DNA from: Felis catus
Taxonomy: Eukaryota
Assembly: GCF_018350175.1 (NCBI RefSeq)
Contig: NC_058383.1
Location: forward strand, 1,240,001-1,304,000
Direction: 5' to 3'
DNA: 64,000 nucleotides
Part shown: one piece after another, positions 10,771 through 23,479 of the stretch
How positions within the stretch are numbered: the stretch's first letter is position 1
How the letters are laid out: each line of letters opens with the position of its first letter
The notes under the pieces: model-generated
The model's database searches: none
The model's input: the letters and a program-made list of their open reading frames with translations, nothing else
What the model was told of the DNA's origin: nothing
Made by a program: the position numbers and the translations under genes

Positions 10771-13659
10771 CCTGGGGTGTGGGCAGGGCGGGCGAGGGGG
10801 CCGGTGCCAGGCGGGGAGAGGCAGGGGGAGGGAAGGCCTGCCGACTGGGCGGCATCGTGCCCTGGGGGCTCCCCCCGGGCTGCGCGAGTGGCGTTGGCAC
10901 GGATGCCGCCAAACCTGCTCTTCCACCCGCGGCCGCGCTGACCCCCACCTCCCAGTCCTGTAGCCTGGTGACCCCTGTTGCGCTCTTGAGCCCCCGTGTC
11001 CACTTGCGACGTCTTCCTCTGTGCCCCTGTTGGCATTCGGGCCCCTAAGGTCTGTCCCCAGCAGCCCAAGGAAACTTCCTGTGCAGAACCCTGATCACGT
11101 CCCCTCGTGAGGCTCCCGCAGCAGGAGCCCCCACGAAGCCCCTCGAGGCCTGGCAGGATTTCGCTCCACACAGAGCTCACCGCAGGCCCTTCCTGCCTCC
11201 GCACCCTCACGCCCGTAGGCACGCCCACCGTTCAGGGCAGGGAGGGACCCCCCTGGACCTGCCTGCGCCCCTCGCTGGGACGCTTCATGCCGAGGCTCCA
11301 GCCCTGACCCCCTGCTGCCCCCTGGGGCACCCCAGCCCCCTCACTGCCCCCCATTCCCCATCCACCTCCCCGGAGTGTCTCAAATGTGAGCACCATGAGT
11401 TCGTCTCCTGATTAGATCTCTCCCTTGGCCCCCCAGCACTCCTGGCGGTGCCCAGGAGGACCCCTGCCCTCCCGCCACCTACCCCGCTCCACTCGGAACA
11501 GAACTCGGCTGGTCCAGACACACTCAGATCCCAGACTCGGCTGGGGGCTCGGCCCCCCCACCTCCACAGGCAGAGGCAGGAGCACCTCAGAGAGCCTCCT
11601 GAAGAGCTCTGCGTGGTGGTGGGAGTGGCAGCTGAGGAAGGGGCCAGGACCACCTGACTCTGGCCAGAACGGGGGCCTCTTCCTAGTCCTGGCTTTGCAA
11701 GAGAGCCCAGAAGCCCAGAAAGAGACCCAACCCCTCCTGTGCCGGGCGGTGCCCCCGTGGCCCGTCCACCATCACTCAGCAGCCCATCGGGACCCCCGTC
11801 CCCACCAGCGGCCGCCCAGCTTTAATCACCAGCATCCCAGATACTTCACCATAATTAAAGTGGAGGGTCTTTACGGGGACAGTGGCCGCAGAGGCACCAC
11901 TTCCAAGTTACACGGCCCAGGGCAAGGAAGGTGACTGGGTGACAGGGGAGTGGACCCTGCTAACCACCTGTGCTCCTTCAGCCCCTCCCCACCCCGCACC
12001 GTGCAGGTGGCAGCAAAGGCAAGGGGTGGGGAGGAGGGAGCAGGGGTCCTCAGAGGGTGGGTCCCCTTCTGTGTCCTGGCCTGGCCCATCAGAGAGCCCA
12101 CGTCGTGGACCCCGAGGCCCCCATTCCTGGCCTTGAGTGTGTCCCTGGCCTGTGAGGCTTACACATGGCCTCCCTGAGGAACCTCGCCCCCAGCCTCCAG
12201 CCCCACGCGGGCCGGCCTGGCTCCCATTCCCCCCCCAGCCTCAGGCTCCTGGTTCAGCGCATGCTGGGAAACTCATTTTACCGTGGACTCATTTAAGTTG
12301 GTCCAGGTGAGCAAAGGGCCGGCCAAGGTGCCTGGGGGGCGGGAGGGGGAGGGCAGGGGGAGGGGCTAGGCTAGTCCACCATTTTCATGGCCCCCAGGAG
12401 CCAACGCCCAGGGTGCTGGGGTGGGGATGGGGGTGGGAGCAGACCCTTCCTCAAATCCTGCCCCCCACAGAGATCCCAGAAGAGCTGCTGTCCTGAGTGT
12501 GACGGCCACCTTCAGAAGGAGGCAGGAGAGAGATGGGGCGGGGGCCAGCCCTGTGTCCTCAGGACCTTCACTCTCCTTGGGGCTCTCAGGACCGCCAGCT
12601 GCTTCTGCAAAGACAGGGTCCCTGGGGCCGGGCCTCCTGAGGGCGTCGAGCCCTGCGGCTGTCCTGCACACACCTGCAGCCTGGGGCTTAGACCCCAGGC
12701 TCATGCACCAAGCAGTTGGGAGCGGGTGCCCCGACGGGGGCTGTCCTGCACCTGAGCCGCTGGTCTGCGTCGGGAGGTCCGGTCTCGGGGGACAGGGAGG
12801 CACCTCTGCGTGTTGGCCAGGCGGGCGCTCAGAGAGCAGCCCTGATGTGGTCACTCGGGGATCCGGGCCTCGGCGTGGCCGGGGCGTTCGGGGGAGACCA
12901 CTGGCATCCCTGGGCATCTCCGAGCCTCAGCGACCACATCCGCGAAGTGGGGATAAGACTCCTGCCCCTCTGGGAGCGTCTCCGGGAACCCGGTGGAGGG
13001 GGTGGGCTGGAGCCAGACCCCGCCACCCGCTGACCTGGGGCTCCTCTGGGCCCCTCGGGGTCTCCATCTGTAACAGGGGCTGACACTGCCCTCCTGCCGA
13101 GTGGGGGTGAGGGTTACATGCGATAATGGTCGTAAAAGGCTGAAAATCGGAATTACTAATGAAGCGGCCACGAGAAGGAGCCACGAGGTGGCCGTTGCTG
13201 CCGCTGGCCGCCGGCCCTGGTCCACGCTGACTTCTGGTTGAGGGAGGCTGGCGCGCTGGCAAAGCCTGAGCCTCGGCCGGCCGCGGGAGGGGCCGGCTTC
13301 TCGCTGCCCCGAGACCCACCCCAGAGAAAATGGCTCCCCGTGCAGGGCCCAGGTGACAATATCGTCCAACACGATCACTGGGACAGCCGGCAAAGCTGAG
13401 TGCTTCATGCTCTGGGCGTTTTTCTCACCCACTTTGCAGCCCCCAAGGAGGGAGGTGCTGCTACTACCCCAGTGGACAGGCAGGGGGACCGAGGCCCAGC
13501 GGGTTAGGGGCCTCCCCGGGCCAGAGGCCCCAGGAAGCTTCCAGGAAGGAGCCTGCGGCCTGCTGGGAGGGCTGGGCCGACAGCGGAGGACAGGGCCCCC
13601 TCCCACCCACCTCCCACCCTGCTTCCGGGAGGGCAGGGGCAGCGGGAGCCCACAGCAGG

Positions 13660-13890
13660 CCCTGTTGAAAGAAACATCCCTTTTAGAACTCATCTTACGT
13701 ATTTGATTTAATCGTGGCGCGCTGATTTTTGCGAAGCAGGTCATGACCCTGGCCATTTTGTGAAAATGAATTGCCTGGGGAAATGGAAATTGTCACTTTA
13801 TTACAGGATTAAAAAATTCAATCCATTTGAAAAATAATGGGAAATAAGGCGAACCCGTGTTCTTCCTTCTCTTACTAATGAATTAGGGTC
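13660..13890. promoter_or_regulatory. Candidate conserved non-coding element
   Basis: AT-rich island; TGATTTAAT, ATGGGAA and TAAT-GA-ATTA (13876-13885). Confidence 0.5.
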
Positions 13891-14239
13891 CCGGAGAGAA
13901 GCAGGTGGGCCCATGGGCCCTGTTGGATTTGATCCCCCTCCAGGGTCTTCTCGCAGAGTGGGCGTTTCCAGAGAGAGGGCAGGACTCCTCCGCCCCCTGT
14001 CCGGCTTTCCCCTCCTGGGGGCTCTGCAGGGTCCCCTCCCCACACTGACGCCTGCCTCCCGGCCCCCCAAGCCCTCCGGTGGGGCATCTCCTGCCTGAGC
14101 ATGTGGTCGGACCCGAGGGTACTGGGACACACACCAGCATCAGCACCGCTCCACGGGCCCCACAGGCACGTGCTCGAGAGACACCTACAGATACGTGTCC
14201 CAAACAATGAGAAGGGGCCACGATATCCGTGTGAACATA

Positions 14240-14440
14240 TGTGCGTGCACGTGTTGTACTGCGGTGAAAACCCACGACCTACAATTTACTATCTTCTCCG
14301 TTTCTAAGCGCACAGATCAGGGGCACCGAGCACATGGACGCTGTGGTGGGACCGTCCCACCGACCATGTCCGGAAACCTTCATCCTGCAACATTGAAGTT
14401 CTGTGCCCATGAAACGACAGCCCTCCGGTCCCCCTGCCCT
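14240..14440 (-). mobile_element. L1MA/MB-type 3'-end fragment, GC-shifted
   Basis: ACAATTTACTATCTT...TTTCTAAGCGCACAGATCAGGGGCACCGAGCACAT...CATCCTGCAACATTGAAGTTCTGTGCCCATGAAAC resembles an antisense L1 3' UTR. Confidence 0.65.
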
Positions 14441-15999
14441 GTGTGATACCTTCTCTGTATGATGTGCGGGCGGGTCTGTACTGTTTATCATACATCATGT
14501 GCTCTGTCCTGTGATGCAGTGGGACAAGGTCCCGGGCCTGGAGTCCTGAGGAATCACCAGGCGGGGAGGGGTCCCAAGACCCCGACCTGTGCAAGCCTCT
14601 GAGAAAAGCAGGGGACCGTCAGCACCCAGGATCCAGACTCCGAGGGTTCAGGACAGGAGACCCCCGTGGGTACCCCGAGGTCACGGAGAGGAAGCACAGG
14701 TGCCCGCCGGGGGTCAGGGATGGGACAGGGTGGGTGTGGGGTTGGCCAGAGCTGAGTCTGCACCTAATACTCCCCACCAAGAAGCATGTGATCTGGACCA
14801 CAGGCCACCCCCGGGGCTGGACGCCCAGTGGGGAGGGGGGGGGCTGCACTCATGCCAAGCACACTGTGGTGTGAACCTCGAAGGAGGCAGCCACGGAGGA
14901 TGGGGGAGAGCCTGGTGGTGGGGACAGAGACATGAGGCTGGTCTGGGCTCTGTCCCCTGGCAGTGGAAGGTCACAGGTGGCGAGGTTGTCCGGAAAGGAT
15001 GGTGAGAGGCTTGGAGGTGACCTCGTGTGGCCCCAGTGAACTCCTTTCCTTCCCTTGGAGGGTCAGGCACACTGGGGGGCGGGGGGGGGGGCTCACGGGC
15101 GTGTCCCTAGGAAGAGAGAAAGGCCACAGAGCTCTTGGGCCCTGGGTTGAGCTCCACGGTTCATACTGGACCCCAGCCACCCCCTGGTGGGAGTGACTCA
15201 GGGGGCCTCAGTTTCTGCATCTGTAAGGTGGTCCCCCGGGGATGTGGCCCGTCCCACCAGCTCCGCTGTGCCGGCCGCGGGGTCTCTGTGGCGGGGACAC
15301 GGTTCTCACACTTATTGCCTTGCTGGACCAGCCGTCCGCAGGGGCCTGGGCAGCGCATACCAATGAGGGTGGCTTCGGGCAGGCGGGAGGCGGCGGCCTC
15401 CACGAGAACGAAATAATTAAAAGAGGATTCGGGGGATCAGGCTTGCTTACCGCCAGGGACAGTCCAGCACTTAACTCTTCCCAGGCCGGCCTGCTCGGGG
15501 CAAGCCTGTGGCCAGGCTGGGGTCAGGAGGACAGAGCCGGTGGCAAGGCCCAGGACCCCCAGGACGAGAAGCCAGAGGCCCAGCTGGTCCCCCAGGGAGG
15601 ACCCACAGCTCCCCCCGGGGGCACCCCCACTCCTGACTGTGTCCTGCTGGGCCTTGCGCTTGGTCCCGTCCTCGTGTCTCCCTGGGGAGCCCCGCCGACC
15701 ACGCTGCCCGCGGCCCTTCCCGCCCGGGGCCCGAGAAAGCCCACCACGGCCTCTGATCAGCCCTGCAGGACGCCCAGGCTCCCGGCCCTTCCCCACAGCT
15801 CCTTGTCCCCAAGGGGGCCGGGCCCGGGCCCTTTCCCACCCCGGCCACTGGCCACCGGCCACTGGCCTTCCCATCTTGAGCCAAGAGCAGGGCGACGGAG
15901 ACGGCCCGGCCTCGTTCCGGAGCGCAAGCCTCTGCCAGGCTCCGGCGGCCGGCCTCGGGCTACGGGCTCCCGGTTCCCATGCCACAGTCTGCAGCCTGA

Positions 16000-16061
16000 C
16001 ATCCGCCCCTGAACCCCCCGCCCCGCCTCACGTCCGCCCCTGAACCCCCATCCCGCCTCAT
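16000..16061. repeat. About 31-bp tandem duplication
   Basis: CATCCGCCCCTGAACCCCCCGCCCCGCCTCA followed by CGTCCGCCCCTGAACCCCCATCCCGCCTCA. Confidence 0.8.
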
Positions 16062-17324
16062 ACCCTCTCAGAAATTACTTGTGGCTCTGATCAGCCAGAA
16101 CCGGCCTTTGTGGTGACCGACCGACTCACGTACATCCTGCAGCTGGGCCACGGGCTACACTCATGTCAAAAGAATGTATTGAGCACCCACTGTATACCAG
16201 CACAGAGTATGTGCTGGGGAGACAGTGGAGCACGAGGCTGACAGGCCTTGTCCCCAGAGCGAGTGCTCTCCTGGGCAGATGGACAGGACACGCCAGCCAT
16301 AAAGAATAAGAGGTCGTTTTTAAGGTTTTTAAGCAGAAATGAGGGAACGGAGTTTGGCAGGGGATGCGTCCGCTTATCTGTTGCCGCGAACCAAGCCGCC
16401 CCGAACCCAAAGCAACAGCCATTTAGTTGTGCTCAGGAGCTCCGCAGGTCGGGGGCCTTTGGACAGAGTCCAGGCCTGGTTGGGCAGAGGTGAGGGGCCC
16501 CCAAGGCCCCCCGTGAGACTTGGTTTCCCCAGGTCGAGCCTCTCTGGCCCTGGCTGTAAGGACAAGACGCCTGACTCCTATAGGGCCTCACGACACAGGG
16601 GTGTGGCCCTACTCGCTGCATGGGGATGAGCTTGACCAAGCCCCACTGCCCCGTGTCACACACATAGACACTGAGGCACAGTGAGGGGCTGAGGGTCCTG
16701 CTCAGAGTGGAGTTTGAGCTGTGCCCATTCTGTGTGGGGGAGGGACATGGGGCGGAAGACCTGGGCCGGGTGCCCCCAGCCGGGGGACAAGGGGAGGTGA
16801 CACTTGCCGTACCCGCCATACTCCTGCTGGCCCGGGCAGGGGCGTCCCTGATCTCAGCGCTGCCAGCAGCCAGCTTAGAGAAGGGCCTCCCCCGGGGCCA
16901 CAGGCACACAAACAAGCCTGGGCGGGTCCTGTGGGAGCCGAGCCGTCCCAGGGCATCCTGCCCGCCCTCCTGGCCACGGCCCAGCCCTTACTCACCCACT
17001 CAGTGGCCCTGGATGACACCTGGGACACAAACCCTTCAGCTCCCCTTTGCCCCTTCTGTCCCCAGGCCTGGTGCGGCCCAGGGCAGCCTGGGGCACCGTC
17101 CCTGCCGGCCAGGACCTTGCTCCTGGAGCCCTGCACCCCAGCTCCTTCCCGCCTCTGCAGTCGGGCCATCACCCCTTTGCCGCGGATCCCACCACGTGGG
17201 CTGTGTGGCAGCAAGGCGGACACCCGGGGGGCCGGGCTCAGGACTCCAGCCACGCCAGCTGCAGATTCTGCCCCCAGCCCCTGCCAAGGCCTGTGCAGAC
17301 ACCCTCCCAAACACACATGGTGGG

Positions 17325-17520
17325 TTTTTATTAAACTTCCTTGTTAATTGCACAAGTAATGCATGAATACATCTGGAGTGAGTTTTAAAACAAATCCCAG
17401 ACACCATATCATTTCACTCATAAATACTTCAGTATACAAATGGGGCTTTAAATAATTTGCTGTTGAAATGATGTTGGTTTCTCCTATGATCAACATGGCA
17501 CATGCTAATAGAGCAAAGAC
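17325..17520. promoter_or_regulatory. Candidate conserved non-coding element
   Basis: AT-rich non-repetitive island (TTTTATTAA, TTAATTG, TAATGCAT, ATCAAC). Confidence 0.45.
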
Positions 17521-17699
17521 GATGGGGAAGCGGGCCCCAGCCAGCCTCAGGGACAGCCAACAGCAGAGCCACACTTCCGGTCTCCCGCCTGGGCCTTTCC
17601 TGGCCACAGTGTGCACCTGCGGCCATCTGCGCGTGGGCTTTCCACGGAGCTGTGCCCCCTGCTCCTCTCCCTTAGTGATGCATTTGCATTTCCCCGGGG

Positions 17700-17900
17700 C
17701 CGTTACCCGCTCACGAAACGTCTATCCCAAAGGCCTCCTGTTGGGTGCGATTCTTTGCGGTTATAAACACTGCGCTGAACATCTTTGTGCTGGAAACGAT
17801 GTATGGTTTTTGGATCATTCTCCAAGGAGAGGTTCCCAGACGCCGGATTCCACCATCAAAGCTCCCGTCCCCAAATTGCTTTCCAAGAAGACACAAACAC
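17700..17900 (-). mobile_element. Highly diverged L1ME-like fragment
   Basis: TTTGCGGTTATAAACACTGCGCTGAACATCTTTGTGC resembles antisense L1 TTTGCTATTATAAACAATGCTGCAATGAACATCCTTGT. Confidence 0.5.
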
Positions 17901-19129
17901 TGTTGAAACCCTCATAAATCATGGCGGGGACGGGGGCGCCCTGGCGCAGCTAGGTCACTCGAGCAGCAGGGCCCTCCTGGCCCCTCGGTTGTGTGGGAAG
18001 GTGGCCTGGAGGGCCGGGGCCTGGTCCTCAGCTGCCCCACCGCCTTGCCCATGGTGGCAGCTGGGCATGCCTTTCCGGGCACACTGAGCCCAGGCTCGCA
18101 GGAGGCCTTGTCTGGTCCTTGCACTGCCCTCCCGGCCTCATGGACACCGAGTCCAGCTCCCAGAGGGACAGAGGACCCTGTCCCTTTTCACGGCTGCACC
18201 CACTCTGCAGGCATTCAGGAGGGGGAAGAGGCTGGGGAGGGAGAATCCACCTCTGGGTGTGGATTCAAGAGTGTTTGTTTTCATTCCCGCCTCTCCCCTG
18301 GGCCTCAGTCTTGCCCCCAGGGAAGGAAGGCAGCTTTTCGAGCCCAAGCAGGAGTGCTGGGGCCCCCAGACTCGTCTCTCTCCACCTGCTCCATCCCGGG
18401 GCCCAGAGAGGGTCTGCGACTTGCTCAGAACCACCCCCCTCCCCCTAGACCCCTGCTCTGACCCAGTGGCCAGAGGCCCAGCGAGGAGAACACAACAGCA
18501 GCCCCGTTTCTGGGCGGGAGGGCGGCCCCCAGGTGCGAGGACCTGGCCAAGCCAGTACCTAAGCCTCCCCGAGGCAGGTAGCATCCCTGTTTCACCGACG
18601 AGGGAACTGAGGCCAAGCTTGGCAAGGCTCCAGCAAAGCACCGGGCCTGGGAGGGAAGGGGGGGACTGCGTCCACCGCTACCCCCCTCCCCCCCCAACAC
18701 TCCTCCAACCCTTTCTGTGCCCGCTCCCCTGCCCTGGTTTGAGCAGGGAAGCCTGCCCCGTGGGTTCCACAGGGGAGCTCCAGAAGGAATAAAATCAAGC
18801 TAGGTGAGACATCCAGGCAGAGGGGAATTGGGAGTGGGGTCACAGATGGAAGTGTACCCCTCCCGGGGCACCCAGGAGAGAGGAGGCCAGGTGGGCTGGG
18901 GGGAGGCCAGCCCAGGGCGCACCCCACCCACCCTCTGTCCCTGGGGCAAATCTCCCCAGCGCTCCCGGGCCAGGAAACCCCCAAGCCCCCTGCTCCCCGC
19001 CAGAAGCACCTCCCACCCCCACCCGTGCCCGCAGCTCCCCTGCCCCACACAGGCCTTCCAGGCCCTCCTCCCCCAGCCCCTCGGATCTCCTCCCGCAGAC
19101 TCCCCGCGGGCCCCGCCCCCTCAGGTCCT

Positions 19130-19460
19130 CCCCCCCCCCCCACCGCCCCCCCCCACTCCAGCGCAGCCCCAGCCCCAGGTGCTCGGCGGCCCGGCCGGAG
19201 GGGCGGCTCCAGCTGTCAGCCGGCGGCGCATCACACGCTGTAAGAAGGTGTTGACAGGAGCAGCTGGACGCGGGCGGGTGATGAAAAGAAGCAAATTCTC
19301 TGCGATTCCGCGCGCGGCCTCCTGGCGGCGGGGGGCGCCCCCTGCCGGCGGCGCGCGCCACGGCCCCCCGCGCCCACTGTGCGCGCGGCCCCATTGCACA
19401 GGCCGGACACTGAGGCCGCTAGGGGCGCGCCGCCAGGTGCTCGGCTCGGCCAGAGGTGCC
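19130..19460. promoter_or_regulatory. Small CpG island with a CTCF core motif and E-box/TGACAG cluster
   Basis: Very dense CpG; CCGGCAGGGGGCGC on the minus strand at 19335-19348 fits CCRSYAGRKGGCRS; two CAGCTG and two TGACAG-type sites. Confidence 0.5.
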
Positions 19461-20769
19461 ACAGGACAGTGGGGGCCGAGCCCTCGCAGGCTTCCCGTCT
19501 CCGAGCTAAGGTCAGCTCACTTACTCGTCCACCAGCAGGGCTGGTGCAGGGGTCACCCCAGGAGCAGGGTGGAGGGCACGGTGAGGAGAGCTGAAATGTG
19601 CACGCTGCAGGGGCAGTGGGGAGGTGGAGGCGGATGGAGACCCCAAAGGGGCCTCATGAGCCCTCAGGTCAGGTGCCGACACTGCCTGACTCCCTGGACC
19701 CGCCGTGTTGCCCCTGCACCCCGATGGAGGAAGAGGGCTCCTGGGGGGCTCTGGACCACCGTCCTGGCCACAGCCCTGCCCACACAGACACCGATTGGGA
19801 GATGGAAGGTAGTGGACACCCTGGCTGTTAGCTCACTGCCCCCACATGCCCTTCTCTGCCCCTCCTCCCGGGAACAGAGACAGAGGGAGAGGTAAGAGAC
19901 GCCGCAGGCAGGGTCTGGGAGACAGACCCAGAGACACGGGGACAGATGGGGTGGATGGACCAGGGAGGGGAGGAATCAGCAGACACAGGGTTTCCAGTCT
20001 CCCCTGAGGAATTGGCACAAAGGATTTCCACAGTCTTTGTGTGAAGCCACCCGGGGCTCTGCCCACGGCAGCCACCGGTGACCCCATGTGACCCAGGAGG
20101 GTCCCAGGCCCAGACTTGCCTCTCAGCTCGATATGGATGTGGGAGCACAGGTACGGATATTTCTGTCCTATGGGGGCTCACTCGGCTCCAGCCCAGTCTT
20201 GGGGGTCCAGCCAGCTACACCTGAGCCCACCCCGCACAGCTGTGGAGATGTAGAGAGGACCCTAGAGGGGAGATAGCCTCTGCTTGAATGCTCCCGCTGA
20301 TGAGGAGCTCACTACCCCCCTAGAAGCAGCCACTTTGTCTCTGGGACTCTCAAAGAGTTAGAAAATTCATATTCTGAGTGGGTCTTTTCTCCCGATGCCC
20401 CTGCCCCACAGTCTGTAGCCCCAACCTCTGGAAGCCCGTGCACCAGACATTGACCTGACAAACATGTGCCAAGTACCTTCTACGTGTTGGGGCCTGCTGT
20501 TGGTGTTGGAGCCATTCTTTAGGACCTAGGAGGCACTGAGGGAGAGAAAGTGCACCCCAGGCCTGTGCCAGCCCCACAAGGCCAAGGTCGGGAACAAGCT
20601 GCGATTCAGCACCTCCTGTGTACCAGACCTCAGGCAGCCCCATTTCACAGATAAGGAAACTGAGGTTCAGAGGAAGATGAGGGCCCTGTGCTGGGCACCA
20701 GGCAGGTTGGGATGGGCCAGACTCTGCCTTGCCCCCTTAGGATGGCTCTAGGGTTGGGGTGACCCGATT

Positions 20770-21015
20770 CTGGCCTGAAGCCATGGCAACCATCTTGCCA
20801 TCAAGGGAGGCTGAGATAGACACCAACACAGAAAACGTCAGAACTGAGGGATGGGCAGAGACTGGGTCTTAATGTCAGCGTATGAACTTCTGGATCAAGC
20901 TGTGCCTGAAGCGAGACCCTTGAATTTTCACTTAAGTGAAATAACAGATGCCTTCTTTTGCTTAAGGCAGTTCGAATTGAATTTCCTGTCACCAGCAAAA
21001 TAAAGAACCCTAAGT
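20770..21015 (+). mobile_element. Old MaLR LTR 3' part (MLT1J/K-like)
   Basis: GCAACCATCTTGCCATC...CTGGATCAAGCTGTGCCTGAAGC...GCTTAAGGCAGTTCGAATTGAATTTCCTGTCAC resembles an MLT1J/K 3' end. Confidence 0.65.
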
Positions 21016-21509
21016 TCAGAGCATTTGTTGTCCTTAAGAAGGAATTCTAGGCTCGGATGTGTGAGTGTTGGGGGGCTGGGGACAGAAGGGAAGGGCCACA
21101 CACCGTTAAAACAACAGCTGACATTTATCCGGTGCTAAGACGGTCCTGAGCGAAGGGCTGTTCATGGATCCACTCACTGAATCTTTGCAGCAATCCTGCA
21201 AACTAGATTTTGCCACTACCTTGTATGTTTCTTAGGCTGAATGACCCTCGCTGCCGTGACAGATAAGCCCCCGCTAAATGTCAGCGACTTGAAGTCAGAG
21301 TTTAGGACTTGCTCATGTACAGTCCCGGTGTTTTGTAGTCAGTCCGCATGCAGTATGACCCAGGGACCTGGGCCCCTTCTCTTTTGGGGCCCTGCCATCC
21401 CCCAAGGCCTTGAGATCCACTGGATCTGCCCGGCTGGCCAATGAGGACTGAGGCCGAGGAGGATGCAGGGAAATGGGACCCCCTGCTCACCACTGGTAGC
21501 ACTGCCACC

Positions 21510-22110
21510 TATGCCACCGCTGTGGAAGGCAGCCCGGCAGCTCCCCCAAATCAAACGAAGATGACCGTGGTCCCACAGTTCCACTCCTGAGAACAGATCT
21601 AAAAGAACTGAAAACAGGGTCTTGAAGAGATGTTCATACACCCGTGTTCACAGCAGCACTGTTCACAAGAGACAAAATGTGGACGCATCCAAGCGCCTGT
21701 ACGTGGACAAATAGTGAAGCAAACTGTGGCCCATCCACACTGTGGAATGTTGTTCCACCTTAGAAAGGAGAGAATGACACCTGCTACCACGTGATGAATG
21801 CGGAGAAGGTGATGCTGAGGGACACGAGCCAGACACGGGAGGACACACACTGGGACCCACTCCCACGAGGTCCTGGGGTCGTCAGACTCACAGACACAGA
21901 GTAGACAGTGGGGCCGGGGCTGGGGGAGCAGGTGGGGGTCCGTGTGTAATGAATGGGGACAGAGTCTCAGTGTGGGGAGATGGAACATTCTGGAGAAGGA
22001 CAGTGGGGACGGCTGCACAGCAGCGTGAATGTGCTCGGTGCCCCTGAAGTACATAGCCTGACGTTGGTTAACATGGTAAATTTTATGTGTATTTTACCCC
22101 AAGAAAAAAA
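21510..22110 (+). mobile_element. L1MB-type 3' end
   Basis: CCACTCCTGAGAACAGATCTAAAAGAACTGAAAACAGGGTCTTGAAGAGATG...CCCGTGTTCACAGCAGCACTGTTCACAA...ATGGTAAATTTTATGTGTATTTTACC followed by an A-tail. Confidence 0.85.
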
Positions 22111-22116
22111 ATTGGT

Positions 22117-22340
22117 GGGGCGCCTGGGTGGCGCAGTCGGTTAAGCGTCCGACTTCAGCCAGGTCACGATCTCGCGGTCCGTGAGTTCGAGCCCCGCGTC
22201 AGGCTCTGGGCTGATGGCTCAGAGCCTGGAGTCTGTTTCCGATTCTGTGTCTCCCTCTCTCTCTGCCCCTCCCCCGTTCATGCTCTGTCTCTCTCTGTCC
22301 CAAAAATAAATAAACGTTGAAAAAAAATTAAAAAAAAAAA
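22117..22340 (+). mobile_element. Young full-length felid Can-SINE (SINEC_Fc)
   Basis: GGGGCGCCTGGGTGGCGCAGTCGGTTAAGCGTCCGACTTCAGCCAGGTCACGATCTCGCGGTCCGTGAGTTCGAGCCCCGCGTC with intact CpGs, (CT)n, AATAAA and A-tail; TSD approximately AAAAAAAATTGG. Confidence 0.97.
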
Positions 22341-23479
22341 TTGGGGGTGAGGGAAACGTGCTCTTGCATAGCCTGCCTCCCCGTCCTTGGGGTCTCCTGG
22401 CTGGACCCTCTTTGGGGAGGGGGCCGGCTGGGGGAGGCTGACGTGTGGGTCAGGAACAGCCGGACTTCTCCATCCCTGGGTGTGGGCCGTCACCGACCCT
22501 CTCTGGCCCACCTGGTGCTGGCTGTCTCCAGGCGACTTTGGGGACCAGCAGTTTAGGGTTTCCACTTGAGGCAGCGGTGCGGGCTTTCAGAGGTGTGATG
22601 ACGAGCTGGGATGTTGCCTCCTCTCTGGGACAAACCCTTCCGGCGGGAGCAGGGGGCTGAGCTCCCCGCTCGCTCTCCTGCTCCCAAACCCGAGCTGCTC
22701 ACTGGTGGTCGTGGCCTGTCTGCTTGGCGCTCGTCGGCCCCGACTGGACTGTGTGGGCTCCGTGAGCGGCACAGGCCTGGCGCACAGCGGGAACGCAGGA
22801 AACTGTTAGGAAACGGACGAACGTCACACGTTAGAGAAGAAGGGCCCTGGACTCGCGGACGCTGTGTGCAGAGGCGCCCCCTGTTCAGGCGTCACAGCGC
22901 TCGGCCAGCTCGGGCCGCCCGTCAGGGGCTGCGGGGTCTCCAGGAGACGCCTGCCCGGAGGGGCGGTGAGGCTGGTGTCTCCGAGCTGCTGTGCCAGGGA
23001 CACAGGGGCTCTGAGCCCCGCTGCTGCTCCCCACCCCCGTGCCCCTGCCCCCCTCGGCCCGAGGTCGTCCAGGACATTTCCTGGGGCCTGTCTCTCCAGT
23101 TTTCCTGCGCCCCGGCCTCGTCACTCCTGTGCCCCGTCTCCTTACGCCTGCGCGCCCCCCATTCCTGCGCCCCCCTCCTCACGCCTGCGCCCCGCCTCCT
23201 CGCTCCTGCGTCCCCGCCTCCTGACTCTTCAGGGCCCTGATTTTGGAGTAAGAAACGTGCTCGGAAGCAGCAATCACACGCCAGTGTCGCCTGTCCATTT
23301 GGCAATGTTCTAAAACGACAGATTGCGTGTCGGGGAGACGGCCACGCTCGCCGTTCGCGTGGCTGATGGGATGCCCACGGGCACAGCCTTCCTGGAGGGC
23401 AGGCGTTTGGTAGATGCTCACTGCAGGGTTAGGAATGCCCAGGCCTTGGGGCCCTAAGACAGTGGTCATGGGAGGCCTG

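Noticed and set aside
12851..13756. 301-aa minus-strand ORF with an ATG start
   Set aside because: Crosses MIR-like remnants and a candidate non-coding element; no protein family resemblance
19415..19430. Plus-strand CTCF-like CCGCTAGGGGCGC
   Set aside because: One G short of the core spacing; only the neighbouring minus-strand match was kept
18804..19895. 363-aa Pro/Arg-rich ORF across the CpG island
   Set aside because: Non-ATG start, low-complexity composition expected from GC-rich DNA, no recognisable domain
22117..22200. tRNA-like A/B-box sequences here and in other SINE heads
   Set aside because: These are tRNA-derived heads of Can-SINEs, not tRNA genes
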